A stretch of DNA of 64,000 bases. Source: Geopsychrobacteraceae bacterium (GTDB taxonomy: Bacteria; Desulfobacterota; Desulfuromonadia; Desulfuromonadales; Geopsychrobacteraceae). The stretch lies in the NCBI GenBank assembly GCA_963676795.2, contig CAXXTB010000002.1:1312001-1376000 (forward strand), given 5' to 3'. The position numbers were made by a program, and so were the translations under genes. Below the pieces are notes generated by a model, which made no database searches, was not told where the DNA came from, and was given only the letters and a program-made list of their open reading frames with translations. Positions 27,853 to 37,706 of this stretch are shown piece after piece (position 1 is the stretch's first letter; each line of letters begins with the position of its first letter).

Positions 27853-29136
27853 TCAGACGCGACTTGCATTCAAGGCCTGATCGACATCCCTGATCAGGTC
27901 GTCAATGCTCTCGATACCGACCGAGAGACGAATCAGGTCGGGCGATACGCCGGAGGCAATCTGCTGTTCTTCGCTCAGCTGGCGGTGCGTTGTGCTGGCC
28001 GGATGCAGGACACAGGAACGGGCGTCGCCGACATGGACGACCATGGCGATGATCTTGCAAGCCTCCATGAACCTGATTCCTGCCTCGCGGCCGCCCCTGA
28101 TGCCGAAGGTCAGAACGCCACTTGTTCCTTTGGGCAGGTATTTCTGTGCCAGTTTGTAGCTTGAATGGCTCTCAAGACCCGGGTAATTGACCCAGGAAAC
28201 GGCCTCATGCTGCTCGAGGAACTTGGCCAGGGCCAGGGCGTTGGAGCTGTGACGTTCCATCCGCAGGTGCAGGGTCGTCAGGCCGTGGTTCAGCAGGAAG
28301 GTATTCTGGGGAGCCGGTGTCACGCCGAGGTCGCGCATGTACTGAACGCGGGCCTTGATGATGTAGGCCATAGGGCCGAACTTTTTGGTATAGATAAGCC
28401 CGTGATAGGAGCTGTCTGGTTCGTTCAGTTCCGGGTATTTCTCGGCAGACCAGTTGAACTTCCCGCCGTCGATAATGACACCGCCGACGCAGGTGCCGTG
28501 GCCATCGATGTATTTGGTCGCGGAATGAATAACGATATCGGCACCATGCTCAAGCGGACGGCAGAGATAGGGGGAAGCCAGGGTGTTGTCGACGATCAGT
28601 GGGACGTTCATCTCTTTACAGAGTGTGCTGAACTTTTCAAAGTCGAGGACATTCAGTCCTGGATTGCCGATGGTTTCGGCAAAAACGCAGCGGGTTTCCG
28701 GACGGAAGGCTTTCTTCATCTCTTCAATGGAGCTCTGCGGGTCGATAAAGCTGACCTCGACACCCAGCTTGGGCAGGGTGTTGGCAAAGAGCGAGAAGGT
28801 TCCACCGTACAGGGTGCTCGCCGCGACCACATGCTGACCGCTGCGACAGATGTTGAGGATAGAAAGTGCAGAAGCGGCCTGGCCGGATGAGGTTGCCAGG
28901 GCACCGACACCCCCTTCGAGGAGCGCCATCTTTTCTTCAAAGACACCGGTTGTCGGATTGCCGATCCGGGTGTACATCGGATCGAAACTGTCCAGATCGA
29001 AGAGCTGCGCCATGTGTTCAGCGCTGTCATATTTAAATGTAGTACTTTGACATATCGGAGCTGTTCTCGGCTCTGCCGCTCCCGGGCGGTAGTTCCCCTG
29101 AACGGCCTGTGTTTCAATAGACCAGTCTTTCTGCAT
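27853..29136 (-). CDS. metY: O-acetylhomoserine aminocarboxypropyltransferase (MetY family), paralogue 2
   Basis: PICQSTTF, YTRIGNPT, HSATKYIDGHG, HPASTTHRQL; SD AAGGAGG, ATG at 29136. Confidence 0.88.
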   Translation of the reverse strand: MQKDWSIETQAVQGNYRPGAAEPRTAPICQSTTFKYDSAEHMAQLFDLDSFDPMYTRIGNPTTGVFEEKMALLEGGVGALATSSGQAASALSILNICRSGQHVVAASTLYGGTFSLFANTLPKLGVEVSFIDPQSSIEEMKKAFRPETRCVFAETIGNPGLNVLDFEKFSTLCKEMNVPLIVDNTLASPYLCRPLEHGADIVIHSATKYIDGHGTCVGGVIIDGGKFNWSAEKYPELNEPDSSYHGLIYTKKFGPMAYIIKARVQYMRDLGVTPAPQNTFLLNHGLTTLHLRMERHSSNALALAKFLEQHEAVSWVNYPGLESHSSYKLAQKYLPKGTSGVLTFGIRGGREAGIRFMEACKIIAMVVHVGDARSCVLHPASTTHRQLSEEQQIASGVSPDLIRLSVGIESIDDLIRDVDQALNASRV

Positions 29137-29227
29137 GTGATTCCTCCTTGCATAAGCCACTAAAGTTGCCGGATATTATCAGAATTGAATCAAAAGTCAT
29201 AGCATACTTATTGAGGTCTGATTACCC

Positions 29228-30631
29228 ATGGATTTTGTCCTTCTAGAAAATATCGTCAGCGAGCTTCAGCAGCAACTGGTTCCTGCCGTCGTGTCTAAAA
29301 TTTATCAGCCTGATGCGGACCTGCTGATCTTCAAGCTCTGGAACGGGCGACAGAATTTGCGTCTGCTGATTTCTGTCGAGCCAGCAAATAGTCGAATCCA
29401 TCTGAGTTGGCGTGACTGGCTGAATCCGGACCGGCCGCCCCGCTTCTGTCAGTTGCTCAGGGCGCGTATTGCCCGTATCGAATCTATTGAACTCGTCAAT
29501 GAAGACCGGATTGTTCGGCTGAATTGTCTGGGGGATCGCGGCCCGTGCCGACTGATTGTTGAGCTGACCGGCAAGACGGGCAATATGGTTCTGGTTGATG
29601 CGAATGGATCGATTGTCGATGCACTGCACCGGGACAGGGGCGGGCGTCAGTTCCTGTCCGGACAGAGGTATCTTCCTCCGGAAAATAAGGGAAGTCGACC
29701 GGGAGAAGCGGTTCGCCCCGAACCCGGTACATTTGAGAGCTGGAGCCGTTATGCCGAAGAGACTCTTGCGGGCACAGATGAAATATCGCCGCAGGAATTT
29801 CATAAGCAGCTGCAAAATAGTGTCGGCAAGTACAAGAAGAAGCTTATCCGGCGCTTGGCTGAGATTGAAAAGGAGATGGGGCAGCAGGAGAATGCGGAAA
29901 CCTATAGGCAGTTGGGGGATCTGTTGCTGGCCAACAGGCAGTATCTACAACGTGGCATGACGGAGATTGAGGTTGTCGATTATTTCAGCCCGGATGCTGC
30001 GGCGTTGCGCATCGAACTCGATCCGGTATTGACCCCGCAGGAGAACGTCGAACGTTATTATAAACGCCACCGCAAGCTGTCCAGGGGGATTGAACACAGT
30101 CTACGCCGTCATGAGGAGACGCAAAGCGAACTGGAATGGCTGGAGCAGCTTGAGTATCAACTGAACTCGGACCTGCAAAAAGCCGATCTGGAGGATATTG
30201 CCGAGGAGTTGCGGGCAGCGAAGGTCCTGCGGGAGAAGACATCTCTTCACCGGCGGCGGACAACCTCAGTGACCAAACCGAATGAAACCGTCTCGCCATC
30301 GGGTCTGAGGGTCATCTGGGGGCGCAGCAATCGGCAGAATGACCAGATCACGACCCGCATCCTCAAGTCGGGTGATCTCTGGTATCACGCCAAGGGGATT
30401 CCGGGCAGCCATGTTGTGCTGAAGTCTTCGGATCTGAATGCCTTTTCCGAGGCAGATCGCCTGTTTGCAGCGTCTATCGCAGCCGGCTATTCCAAAGGGC
30501 GCAATGATACAAAGGTAGAGGTTATTGAAGCTGAAGCCAAATCGGTAAAAAAATCAAAAGGGTACAAGCCGGGGATGGTGAGCGTAAAAGAATTTTCCAG
30601 TATCTGTGTCGAGCCGTACAGGCCTGAATAA
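29228..30631 (+). CDS. Rqc2/RqcH (NFACT, FbpA-like) family protein
   Basis: KIYQP, PPRFCQLLR, EDRIV, ELTGKTGN, coiled coil with LDP..TPQENVERYYK, NFACT-R (GRSNRQND, DLWYHAKGIPGSHV). Confidence 0.87.
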   Translation: MDFVLLENIVSELQQQLVPAVVSKIYQPDADLLIFKLWNGRQNLRLLISVEPANSRIHLSWRDWLNPDRPPRFCQLLRARIARIESIELVNEDRIVRLNCLGDRGPCRLIVELTGKTGNMVLVDANGSIVDALHRDRGGRQFLSGQRYLPPENKGSRPGEAVRPEPGTFESWSRYAEETLAGTDEISPQEFHKQLQNSVGKYKKKLIRRLAEIEKEMGQQENAETYRQLGDLLLANRQYLQRGMTEIEVVDYFSPDAAALRIELDPVLTPQENVERYYKRHRKLSRGIEHSLRRHEETQSELEWLEQLEYQLNSDLQKADLEDIAEELRAAKVLREKTSLHRRRTTSVTKPNETVSPSGLRVIWGRSNRQNDQITTRILKSGDLWYHAKGIPGSHVVLKSSDLNAFSEADRLFAASIAAGYSKGRNDTKVEVIEAEAKSVKKSKGYKPGMVSVKEFSSICVEPYRPE

Positions 30632-30697
30632 TTTTTTAAAAGGTGAAATTTTTTATTGCAAAGGCAAAATCCTTTTGCTATAAGTTCTCTCGCTTCA

Positions 30698-30784
30698 GCC
30701 GAAGTGGTGGAATTGGTAGACACGCTAGGTTCAGGGTCTAGTGTCCGTAGGGACGTGGGAGTTCGAGTCTCCCCTTCGGCACCA
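30698..30784 (+). tRNA. tRNA-Leu (anticodon CAG), copy 1
   Basis: 87 nt, GCCGAAG...CTTCGGC-A-CCA, anticodon arm CTAGG-TT-CAG-GG-TCTAG, long variable arm. Confidence 0.96.
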
Positions 30785-30794
30785 ATAAATAAAC

Positions 30795-30823
30795 AACCCG
30801 GTTACTTCAGTAATCGGGTTTTT
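30795..30823 (+). terminator. Terminator after tRNA-Leu copy 1
   Basis: AACCCGGTTAC-TTCA-GTAATCGGGTT then T-run. Confidence 0.75.
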
Positions 30824-30897
30824 ATTTTCCCTTAGGGGGAGGAATGAAGCGTGAAACGCTATTTGAATGTCAGTGAATCACTAAAAAAATCGAATAA

Positions 30898-30984
30898 GCC
30901 GAAGTGGTGGAATTGGTAGACACGCTAGGTTCAGGGTCTAGTGTCCGTAGGGACGTGGGAGTTCGAGTCTCCCCTTCGGCACCA
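30898..30984 (+). tRNA. tRNA-Leu (anticodon CAG), copy 2
   Basis: Identical to copy 1, starts exactly 200 bp downstream. Confidence 0.96.
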
Positions 30985-31036
30985 AATAAAACAAAACCCC
31001 CAGTTACGTTCAGGTAACTGGGGGTTTTGTTTTATT
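30985..31036 (+). terminator. 23-bp perfect-stem terminator after tRNA-Leu copy 2
   Basis: AATAAAACAAAACCCCCAGTTAC-GTTCAG-GTAACTGGGGGTTTTGTTTTATT. Confidence 0.85.
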
Positions 31037-31358
31037 CAGTTTGCCGGAGACTCGAAGCGCAGCGAGCGCTGAATTTCCTTCGCATCTAAATTGCATCCTG
31101 TCTGATAAATAGAAGCGCCGCTTTTCCGTCGTCCTAAGTGGCGAAAGTACTCAGGTCTAAATGCCATCCCATCATCCTCAATCTGCTGTTGCTTTAAATT
31201 GGCTTTGTTTGGCTTCTTTATTGTATTTTCAATGACTGTTGGATGAAAAATTACCCTGATAATTCTGGATATAGCAATATTATATATGAAATGTTGTATT
31301 CTTTACCTAGGGCCGTGCAGGTTATTGTTCATGATGAATTAATCCTCCGGGGGTGAGT

Positions 31359-34300
31359 ATGAGCGCTGATTACAATCTTTATCTGGTCGTACTGGCGGTC
31401 ATTCTCTGTCTTCTGTCATTGTTTCTTTTTTTTCTTGTTCTTTCCTTAGGTCAAAAACTCAAGAAGAGCAGCACCGACCAGCCGGATTCCGTGTTGCTGG
31501 AGAGCCTGCCTATCCCTGTCTTTGTCAAAGGGACCGATGGCCGCTACGGTTATGTCAACCGTGCCTTTGAGGAGTTCTTTGAGACCCGTCGGGAACGGAT
31601 TGTCGGAAAAAAGCCTAAAGACATCCTCTCCCGTCAGGACGCCGAGTTTGTCGCCCTGCAGGACTTTCAACTGCCGGACTCAGGGGGGGGAAGGACCTTT
31701 GAAAGTTATCTGACGACAGTTGGGGGCGAGACCTATAATCTTCTGCTGCGCAAAAAGACGCTGGCAGCCCCGGATGGCAGTATTGCCGGGGTGGCCGGGG
31801 TGATTTTCGATGCAACACATATCGCTGAGTATCAGAGCAAGCTGGAAGATCAGAGGTCGATGTTTCTTTCCGTTGTCGAGAACACCCCTGATATCGTTAT
31901 CCGTTACGATGAACAGGGGCGCAGGACCTATGTCAACCCGGCATTCATCAAGTTTATGGGACTGGCAGAGGAACAGCTGGTCGGCAGCAGTCATTTTCCC
32001 ATGTGGCGGGGCAGCCTGAGTGCAGAAGCCTACGCTGAGCGGATTCGTAATGTCCTGACTGGAGGTGAAAATTCTGTCTTTGAAATGAAGTGGACCGACG
32101 CACAGAATCAGCCGCATATCTATGAAGTTACACTTGTTCCGGAAAAGAACAGGGACGGGGAGATCAAAGGTGTGTTTGTCCTGGCCCATGACATCACGCT
32201 GCTGAAACAGATCGAGATGCATTATCGCAATCTGACCGATAACTGGCCGGAAGAAATCGCCTGTTTCGATCTGGACTGTCGCAGGACCTATGTCAATCCG
32301 TCGATGAAAAAATCGCTTATGCGACGGGGTGGCGATCTCAGTGAGCTGATCGGTACGAAACCGATTGAGTTTCTGCGCGGTAAGCCGGAAGCTGTCGAGT
32401 TCGAAAATAAACTCAAGGAAACTATGGAAACAGGGCAAATTATCGATTTCGAGAAAGAATGGCCCTATGATGACGAATCAGGGTTCCGCCATATCCGGAT
32501 GGTTCCCGAATATAACATGTTCGGAGAACTGTCCGGCGTTTTTACCATTGCCAAAAACATAACGGTTGAGAAACGGGCTGAACTGGAGCGACAACAGAAC
32601 CTGCTGTTCTTTGAGAGTCTGGATCGATTCAACCGTTCTGTTCAGCATTCGAATGATGTCGATCAGGTCATGCACGATGGCCTCGGCGCCCTGTTGCGGA
32701 TCTTCGACTGTGATCGGGCGTTTCTTGTTTCCCCCCTTGATCCTGATGCCGATTTTTGCACAATCGAAATGCAGCGTTGCAACGCAGCGCGGAAGGTTGA
32801 GGAACTGACCCGCGAGGCGATCGCTGTTGATGATGTCCTGCGCAGGATGACGGAGCTGTTGCTCGCTTCGGATAAGCCTCTTCACTTCGGTTGTGGCAGT
32901 CCGCTTGATCTGGCTGCCAAATGGTTTCAGGTTCATCGGGTTTCGGAGCTGGCTGTTGGCCTTTATCCGCGGGTTGGGGAACCCTGGAAACTGGTTCTTC
33001 ATCAGTGCGATTCCGCGCGTGTCTGGAATGAATTCGAAGTACGTCTCTTCGATGAGATTGGTAAACGCTTCTGTGATGCGCTGACAGCAACCCTGACTTA
33101 CCGAAACCTGCAGAACAGTGAAAAATTCCTCGACAATATTATCGACAACATTCCGTTGACCCTCTTTGTCAAGGACGCAGAGCAGTTACGTTTTGTCCGG
33201 ATCAACAAAGCCGGTGAGCAACTGCTCGGGTATGCGGAAGGGGAGATTCTCGGAAAGAATGATCAGGATATCTTCCCGCAAGAGCAGGCTGAACATTTCA
33301 GGCAAATAGATCGGCAGGTTCTGACTGGGCAACAAAAGGTCGCTGTGTCCGAGGAAGCCATGACCGACAGGGGCAACCGCCAGCGTATTCTGCTGACCAA
33401 AAAAATCGCGATTACCGATAAGCGGGGGCAGCCCGAGTTTCTGCTCGGCATCTCCGAGGACATAACTGAACTGAAAGAGTCGCAGAAGACCATTCATAAG
33501 TTCACCCAGGCTATCCTGCAAAGCCCCTCTCTCTTTGTTCTGCTGACCCCGGACGGGGTTGTCGAATTCGTCAATCAGAAGTATACCGACTTGCATGCTG
33601 TGCCCTATTCCGATGTCGTGGGGCGGCCGGTTACGAAGATCAGCGGTCTGGAGATCAGTGACGCGCTGTTCGGGAGCATCAAAGAGGCTATCCGTGTCCA
33701 GGGTATCTGGCGTTCGGAACGCAGTCGCGATGAGGGGAAGATCTGGGAATTGTTGCAGGTATCTCCTATCTATGCCGGCGGTCCAGCGGACCAGGTCATA
33801 AGTCATTATATTCTGACCATCAATGATATCTCCGATCAGAAGACTCTGGAAGATCAGCTTTACCAGTCTCAGAAGATGGAAGCTGTCGGTCAATTGGCCG
33901 GTGGTATTGCCCATGATTTCAACAACATGCTCGGGGTCATCCTGGGCCGAACCGATCTGCTACTGCACGGAGTGGGGGCGGAGAGCCCACAGCTTGAATC
34001 GATCCGGGAGATCAGGAATGCTGCAATACGTTCTGCTGAGCTGACCCGTCAATTGCTCGCTTTTGCAAGAAAGGAGACCGTCTCACCTGTTGTCGTCGAT
34101 CTGAACAGTTCGGTCGAAAACAGCCTGAAGATGCTCCGGCGCCTGATTGGCGAGGATATCTCGCTCAAATGGCTGCCCGCCGAGCCGCTTTGGCCGGTCA
34201 AGATCGACCCTTCCCAGCTGGATCAGGTCCTGGCGAATCTCTGTGTTAACGCACGTGACGCCATCAGCGGGGTTGGTGTGATCACCATTGAGACAGGTAA

Positions 34301-35015
34301 TCTGAGCATCGATGCCTCATATGCCCGCATTCATGCCGATTTTACCCCGGGTGATTTTGTCCAGTTATCGGTCAGTGACAGCGGCTGCGGAATGTCACCG
34401 CAGCAGCTGAACAGGATTTTTGATCCGTTCTATACAACCAAGAGGCAGGGGGAGGGGACCGGATTGGGGCTGTCGACCGTTTACGGTATCGTTAAACAAA
34501 ACGGCGGTTTTATCAATGTCTACAGTGAGCCAGGACATGGTTCGCATTTTCGTATTTATCTGCCCAGGTCCACCGATGAAAGGGTTGCGGTGGCGGAAGC
34601 CGGATTTGCCGCGCAGATCCCTCGTGGCCAGGAGACGATCCTGCTGGTTGAGGATGACGAGACGATTCTTGAAACAGAAAAAGAGATGCTGGAAATTCTC
34701 GAATATCAGGTCCACGCCGCGGCGACACCCGGAGAAGCCTTGCGGATCGCAGAACAATTGGCTGGGGACATTCAGCTGATGATTACCGATGTCATCATGC
34801 CGGAAATGAACGGTCGTGAGCTGGCTTTGCAGATCAAGGAAAAATATCCGCATATCAGCATTCTCTTTATGTCCGGTTACACAAACGATATCATCGCCAG
34901 TAACGGAATCCTTGAGGAGAATACCTGCTTTATTCAAAAACCCTATTCGCTGGGGACTCTCGCCGAGAAGGTACGCGAAGCGCTTGACAGCAAGTCGTGT
35001 TCAGTGCCTCTGTAA
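31359..35015 (+). CDS. Membrane-anchored multi-PAS/GAF hybrid histidine kinase with receiver domain
   Basis: One N-terminal TM, about five PAS repeats (YVN.A...DIT), GAF, GQLAGGIAHDFNNML, QVLANLCVNARDA, GTGLGL, REC (LLVEDD, TDVIMP, KP). Confidence 0.92.
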   Translation: MSADYNLYLVVLAVILCLLSLFLFFLVLSLGQKLKKSSTDQPDSVLLESLPIPVFVKGTDGRYGYVNRAFEEFFETRRERIVGKKPKDILSRQDAEFVALQDFQLPDSGGGRTFESYLTTVGGETYNLLLRKKTLAAPDGSIAGVAGVIFDATHIAEYQSKLEDQRSMFLSVVENTPDIVIRYDEQGRRTYVNPAFIKFMGLAEEQLVGSSHFPMWRGSLSAEAYAERIRNVLTGGENSVFEMKWTDAQNQPHIYEVTLVPEKNRDGEIKGVFVLAHDITLLKQIEMHYRNLTDNWPEEIACFDLDCRRTYVNPSMKKSLMRRGGDLSELIGTKPIEFLRGKPEAVEFENKLKETMETGQIIDFEKEWPYDDESGFRHIRMVPEYNMFGELSGVFTIAKNITVEKRAELERQQNLLFFESLDRFNRSVQHSNDVDQVMHDGLGALLRIFDCDRAFLVSPLDPDADFCTIEMQRCNAARKVEELTREAIAVDDVLRRMTELLLASDKPLHFGCGSPLDLAAKWFQVHRVSELAVGLYPRVGEPWKLVLHQCDSARVWNEFEVRLFDEIGKRFCDALTATLTYRNLQNSEKFLDNIIDNIPLTLFVKDAEQLRFVRINKAGEQLLGYAEGEILGKNDQDIFPQEQAEHFRQIDRQVLTGQQKVAVSEEAMTDRGNRQRILLTKKIAITDKRGQPEFLLGISEDITELKESQKTIHKFTQAILQSPSLFVLLTPDGVVEFVNQKYTDLHAVPYSDVVGRPVTKISGLEISDALFGSIKEAIRVQGIWRSERSRDEGKIWELLQVSPIYAGGPADQVISHYILTINDISDQKTLEDQLYQSQKMEAVGQLAGGIAHDFNNMLGVILGRTDLLLHGVGAESPQLESIREIRNAAIRSAELTRQLLAFARKETVSPVVVDLNSSVENSLKMLRRLIGEDISLKWLPAEPLWPVKIDPSQLDQVLANLCVNARDAISGVGVITIETGNLSIDASYARIHADFTPGDFVQLSVSDSGCGMSPQQLNRIFDPFYTTKRQGEGTGLGLSTVYGIVKQNGGFINVYSEPGHGSHFRIYLPRSTDERVAVAEAGFAAQIPRGQETILLVEDDETILETEKEMLEILEYQVHAAATPGEALRIAEQLAGDIQLMITDVIMPEMNGRELALQIKEKYPHISILFMSGYTNDIIASNGILEENTCFIQKPYSLGTLAEKVREALDSKSCSVPL

Positions 35016-35166
35016 ATTGAATTCATCAGATCTTTTTTTGTGTCGCTAATTGACTCCGGCTGTTGCCATCTATTACAACAGTTACGGTATGTTATAAATC
35101 ACAAGAACATGAATTGTATTGATGCTGATCTGCATTTTTTCCCGATAGATAACCAGAGGTTTTGTT

Positions 35167-36762
35167 ATGACGCAAGAAAGTAAGCAACAGGTCGATATCG
35201 TTGTTGTCGGTCTTGGCCCGGCCGGTCTGCTCAGCTGCCTGTTGATGGGCCGTAAAGGTTACAGGGTCGTTGGCATTGATCGCTGGCCAGCTCCCTATCC
35301 GCTGCCGCGGGCCGTGACCATGGACCATGAAATCGCTCGTTTCCTCTCTTCCATCGGCATCAATGCCAACGATGATCCGGCCATCGAGTATTACGACGAA
35401 CCTTACACCTGGCTCAACGGTGAAGATAATGTTCTGTTTGATATCGACTGGTTTTCCAGGGCCTCCGATGGTTGGCGCACCACCTACTGGTTCAATCAGC
35501 CGGATCTGGAGGATCGCTTGCGGGGTATTCTGACCTCGTTGCCGAATGTCGAACTGAAGCCGGGTTACGAGGTGACGGAGATGACGCAGGACGCTGAGGG
35601 TGTCAGCCTCTGTTATAAGGAAGTGCGTGTCGATGAGAGTGGCACCCGCACGGAAATTCTGGAAAACGGCCGTGAGGGCTGTCTGCGTGGCCGCTATGTT
35701 ATCGGCGCGGACGGGGCGAACAGTTTTGTCCGAAAGTCAGTCGGTTATGACTATGTCGATCTGAACTTCTATGACGACTGGATCGTCGTCGATGTGACAC
35801 CGAAGGTCATGCCGGAGTACCGTTCGGCCTATTTTCAGGTCTGCGATCCTAAGCGTCCGACCTCGGTTGTTCCCGGTGGCCCGGGGCGGCGGCGCTGGGA
35901 ATTCATGGTGCTCCCCGGCGAAGATCCGCAGGAACTGGCCAAGCCCGAGAATGTCTGGAAGATGCTCGAGCCATTCGCTATGACGCCTGAGAATGCTCGC
36001 CTCGATCGTGCCGTCGCCTGGCGTTTTCAGGGTAAATACCTGGAGAACTGGCGCGCCGGTCGGGCCCTGTTGCTCGGAGATGCTGCCCATTTGATGCCGC
36101 CTTTTGCCGGAGAAGGGATGTGTGCGGCGGTCCGGGACGTCAACAATCTTGTCTGGCGTCTCGATCTGGTTCTGCAGGAGAAGGCGCAGATTCAACTGCT
36201 TGATGAGTGGTCGAATGAGCGGCGTGATCATGTCCGCTATTATATCGATTTTTCCGTCAACCTTGGTCGGATTATCTGTGTGACCGACTCGGATGAGGCC
36301 TCCGCCCGCGATTGTAAGATGCTGGCGGAACGTGCGGAAAGCCCTGCTCCGATTGCCCCGCATCAGGCCCGCCTCGGGAGCGGAACCTGGTACAGTCAGG
36401 ACGAAAGATCGGGGCGGCCGAGCATTCAGGGTGTTGTCGCCTATAAGGGGGGGACGGGACTTTTTGATGATGCTGTCGGACGCGGCTGGTTTCTGCTGGT
36501 AAAATGCGGCGCAGAACAGCCGTTCAATGATGAGCAGTTACGCAAGTTCTCTCTGATCGGCGGTCAGGTTGTTACAGTAGGCCCTCGTGGCAGTGGTTCA
36601 GATGTTATTGATCTGGAGAATACCTATGGGGGCTGGATGGATGAGCAGGGGATCGATTATCTCCTGATCCGGCCGGACTTTTTTGTCGCTGCCACCGCCC
36701 GGTCTGCTGATGAGTTGCGTCATGCTTTCGAGGGAATATCCGGGTTTATCTCCGAAAAGTAA
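35167..36762 (+). CDS. FAD-dependent aromatic monooxygenase, MhpA-like
   Basis: VVGLGPAG, PRAV, QPDLE, GADGANSFVRK, RRWEF, GDAAHLMPPFAGEG, C-terminal LIRPD. Confidence 0.85.
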   Translation: MTQESKQQVDIVVVGLGPAGLLSCLLMGRKGYRVVGIDRWPAPYPLPRAVTMDHEIARFLSSIGINANDDPAIEYYDEPYTWLNGEDNVLFDIDWFSRASDGWRTTYWFNQPDLEDRLRGILTSLPNVELKPGYEVTEMTQDAEGVSLCYKEVRVDESGTRTEILENGREGCLRGRYVIGADGANSFVRKSVGYDYVDLNFYDDWIVVDVTPKVMPEYRSAYFQVCDPKRPTSVVPGGPGRRRWEFMVLPGEDPQELAKPENVWKMLEPFAMTPENARLDRAVAWRFQGKYLENWRAGRALLLGDAAHLMPPFAGEGMCAAVRDVNNLVWRLDLVLQEKAQIQLLDEWSNERRDHVRYYIDFSVNLGRIICVTDSDEASARDCKMLAERAESPAPIAPHQARLGSGTWYSQDERSGRPSIQGVVAYKGGTGLFDDAVGRGWFLLVKCGAEQPFNDEQLRKFSLIGGQVVTVGPRGSGSDVIDLENTYGGWMDEQGIDYLLIRPDFFVAATARSADELRHAFEGISGFISEK

Positions 36763-36849
36763 TGACAACCTCAGCTTTTCGATTGTTGTCAGGATGGCTT
36801 TTCGGCGGTCTCTGACGTTTTCTCATTTACAAAGGATTGGAATCGGCTT

Positions 36850-37683
36850 ATGGCGACTGTGACGAATGATCTCGCTAGGAAGCGTGTATATGTAATCTCG
36901 GATGGTATTGGCCAGAGTGCAACGACCATCATGGAAGCCTGTCTGATACAGTTCAATGTTTCGGCCTCGATGTTGCGGGTTTTTTCCAGGGTCACCGATC
37001 CGGAAAAGATTAAAGAGATCATCAATAAGGCAAAAGAGAAGGACGCTTTTGTCGCGTACACGATCGCGAGTACTGAGAACCGAGAGCTTGTCCATCAGCT
37101 CTGCGAGCGTGAAGGTTTGTTGCATCATGATATCCTCGGTCCGCCGATCGAGAAACTTTCGAGCTATCTTGGCAGCGTTGCCCAGGAAGGCGCCAATCTT
37201 CTGCGGCGGGTCGACAGTGATTATTTCAAGCGGATCGATGCTATCGAATTTACGATGAAGTACGATGACGGTCTTGATGCCAAAAAGGTCGCTGAAGCGG
37301 ACATCATTATCCTTGGTCTGTCCCGGACATCCAAGACTCCTACGTCTTATTTTCTCGCGCAACAAGGCTATAAAGTCGTCAACATCCCGATTGTTCCTGA
37401 GATCCCGATCCCGAACGAAATCTTCGAGGTGGACCAGAACCGGATTGTTTGCCTGGTGATGGATTCCGAAGTCCTGCAGAAAGTCAGAAGTGCCAGAGTC
37501 AAGAACTACAAGACCAAAAGTAACTATACCGATTTGATGCGTATTTTTAACGAGATGGAAATGGTTTACGAGCTGCTCAAGAAAAATCGCAAATGGCATG
37601 TTGTCGATACGACAAACAAGTCGGTCGAAGAGACAGCGCGGGAGATTACGGCAATGATCTTTGGGCAGGCTCAGGATTACTGA
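36850..37683 (+). CDS. ppsR: Pyruvate phosphate dikinase/PEP synthase regulatory protein (DUF299)
   Basis: SDGIGQSA, YFKRIDAIEFTMKYDDG, GLSRTSKTP, VDTTNKSVEETA. Confidence 0.9.
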   Translation: MATVTNDLARKRVYVISDGIGQSATTIMEACLIQFNVSASMLRVFSRVTDPEKIKEIINKAKEKDAFVAYTIASTENRELVHQLCEREGLLHHDILGPPIEKLSSYLGSVAQEGANLLRRVDSDYFKRIDAIEFTMKYDDGLDAKKVAEADIIILGLSRTSKTPTSYFLAQQGYKVVNIPIVPEIPIPNEIFEVDQNRIVCLVMDSEVLQKVRSARVKNYKTKSNYTDLMRIFNEMEMVYELLKKNRKWHVVDTTNKSVEETAREITAMIFGQAQDY

Positions 37684-37706
37684 GCCAGTACTGCTTCATC
37701 ATAATG

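Noticed and set aside
30844..30876. 10-aa ORF (MKRETLFECQ) after GGGGGAGG between the tRNAs
   Set aside because: SD is too close to the ATG, the ORF is very short, and there is no supporting evidence
35061..35077. TGT-N11-ACA upstream of the monooxygenase
   Set aside because: Inner sequence does not resemble the other three boxes and no sigma54 promoter was found downstream; likely chance
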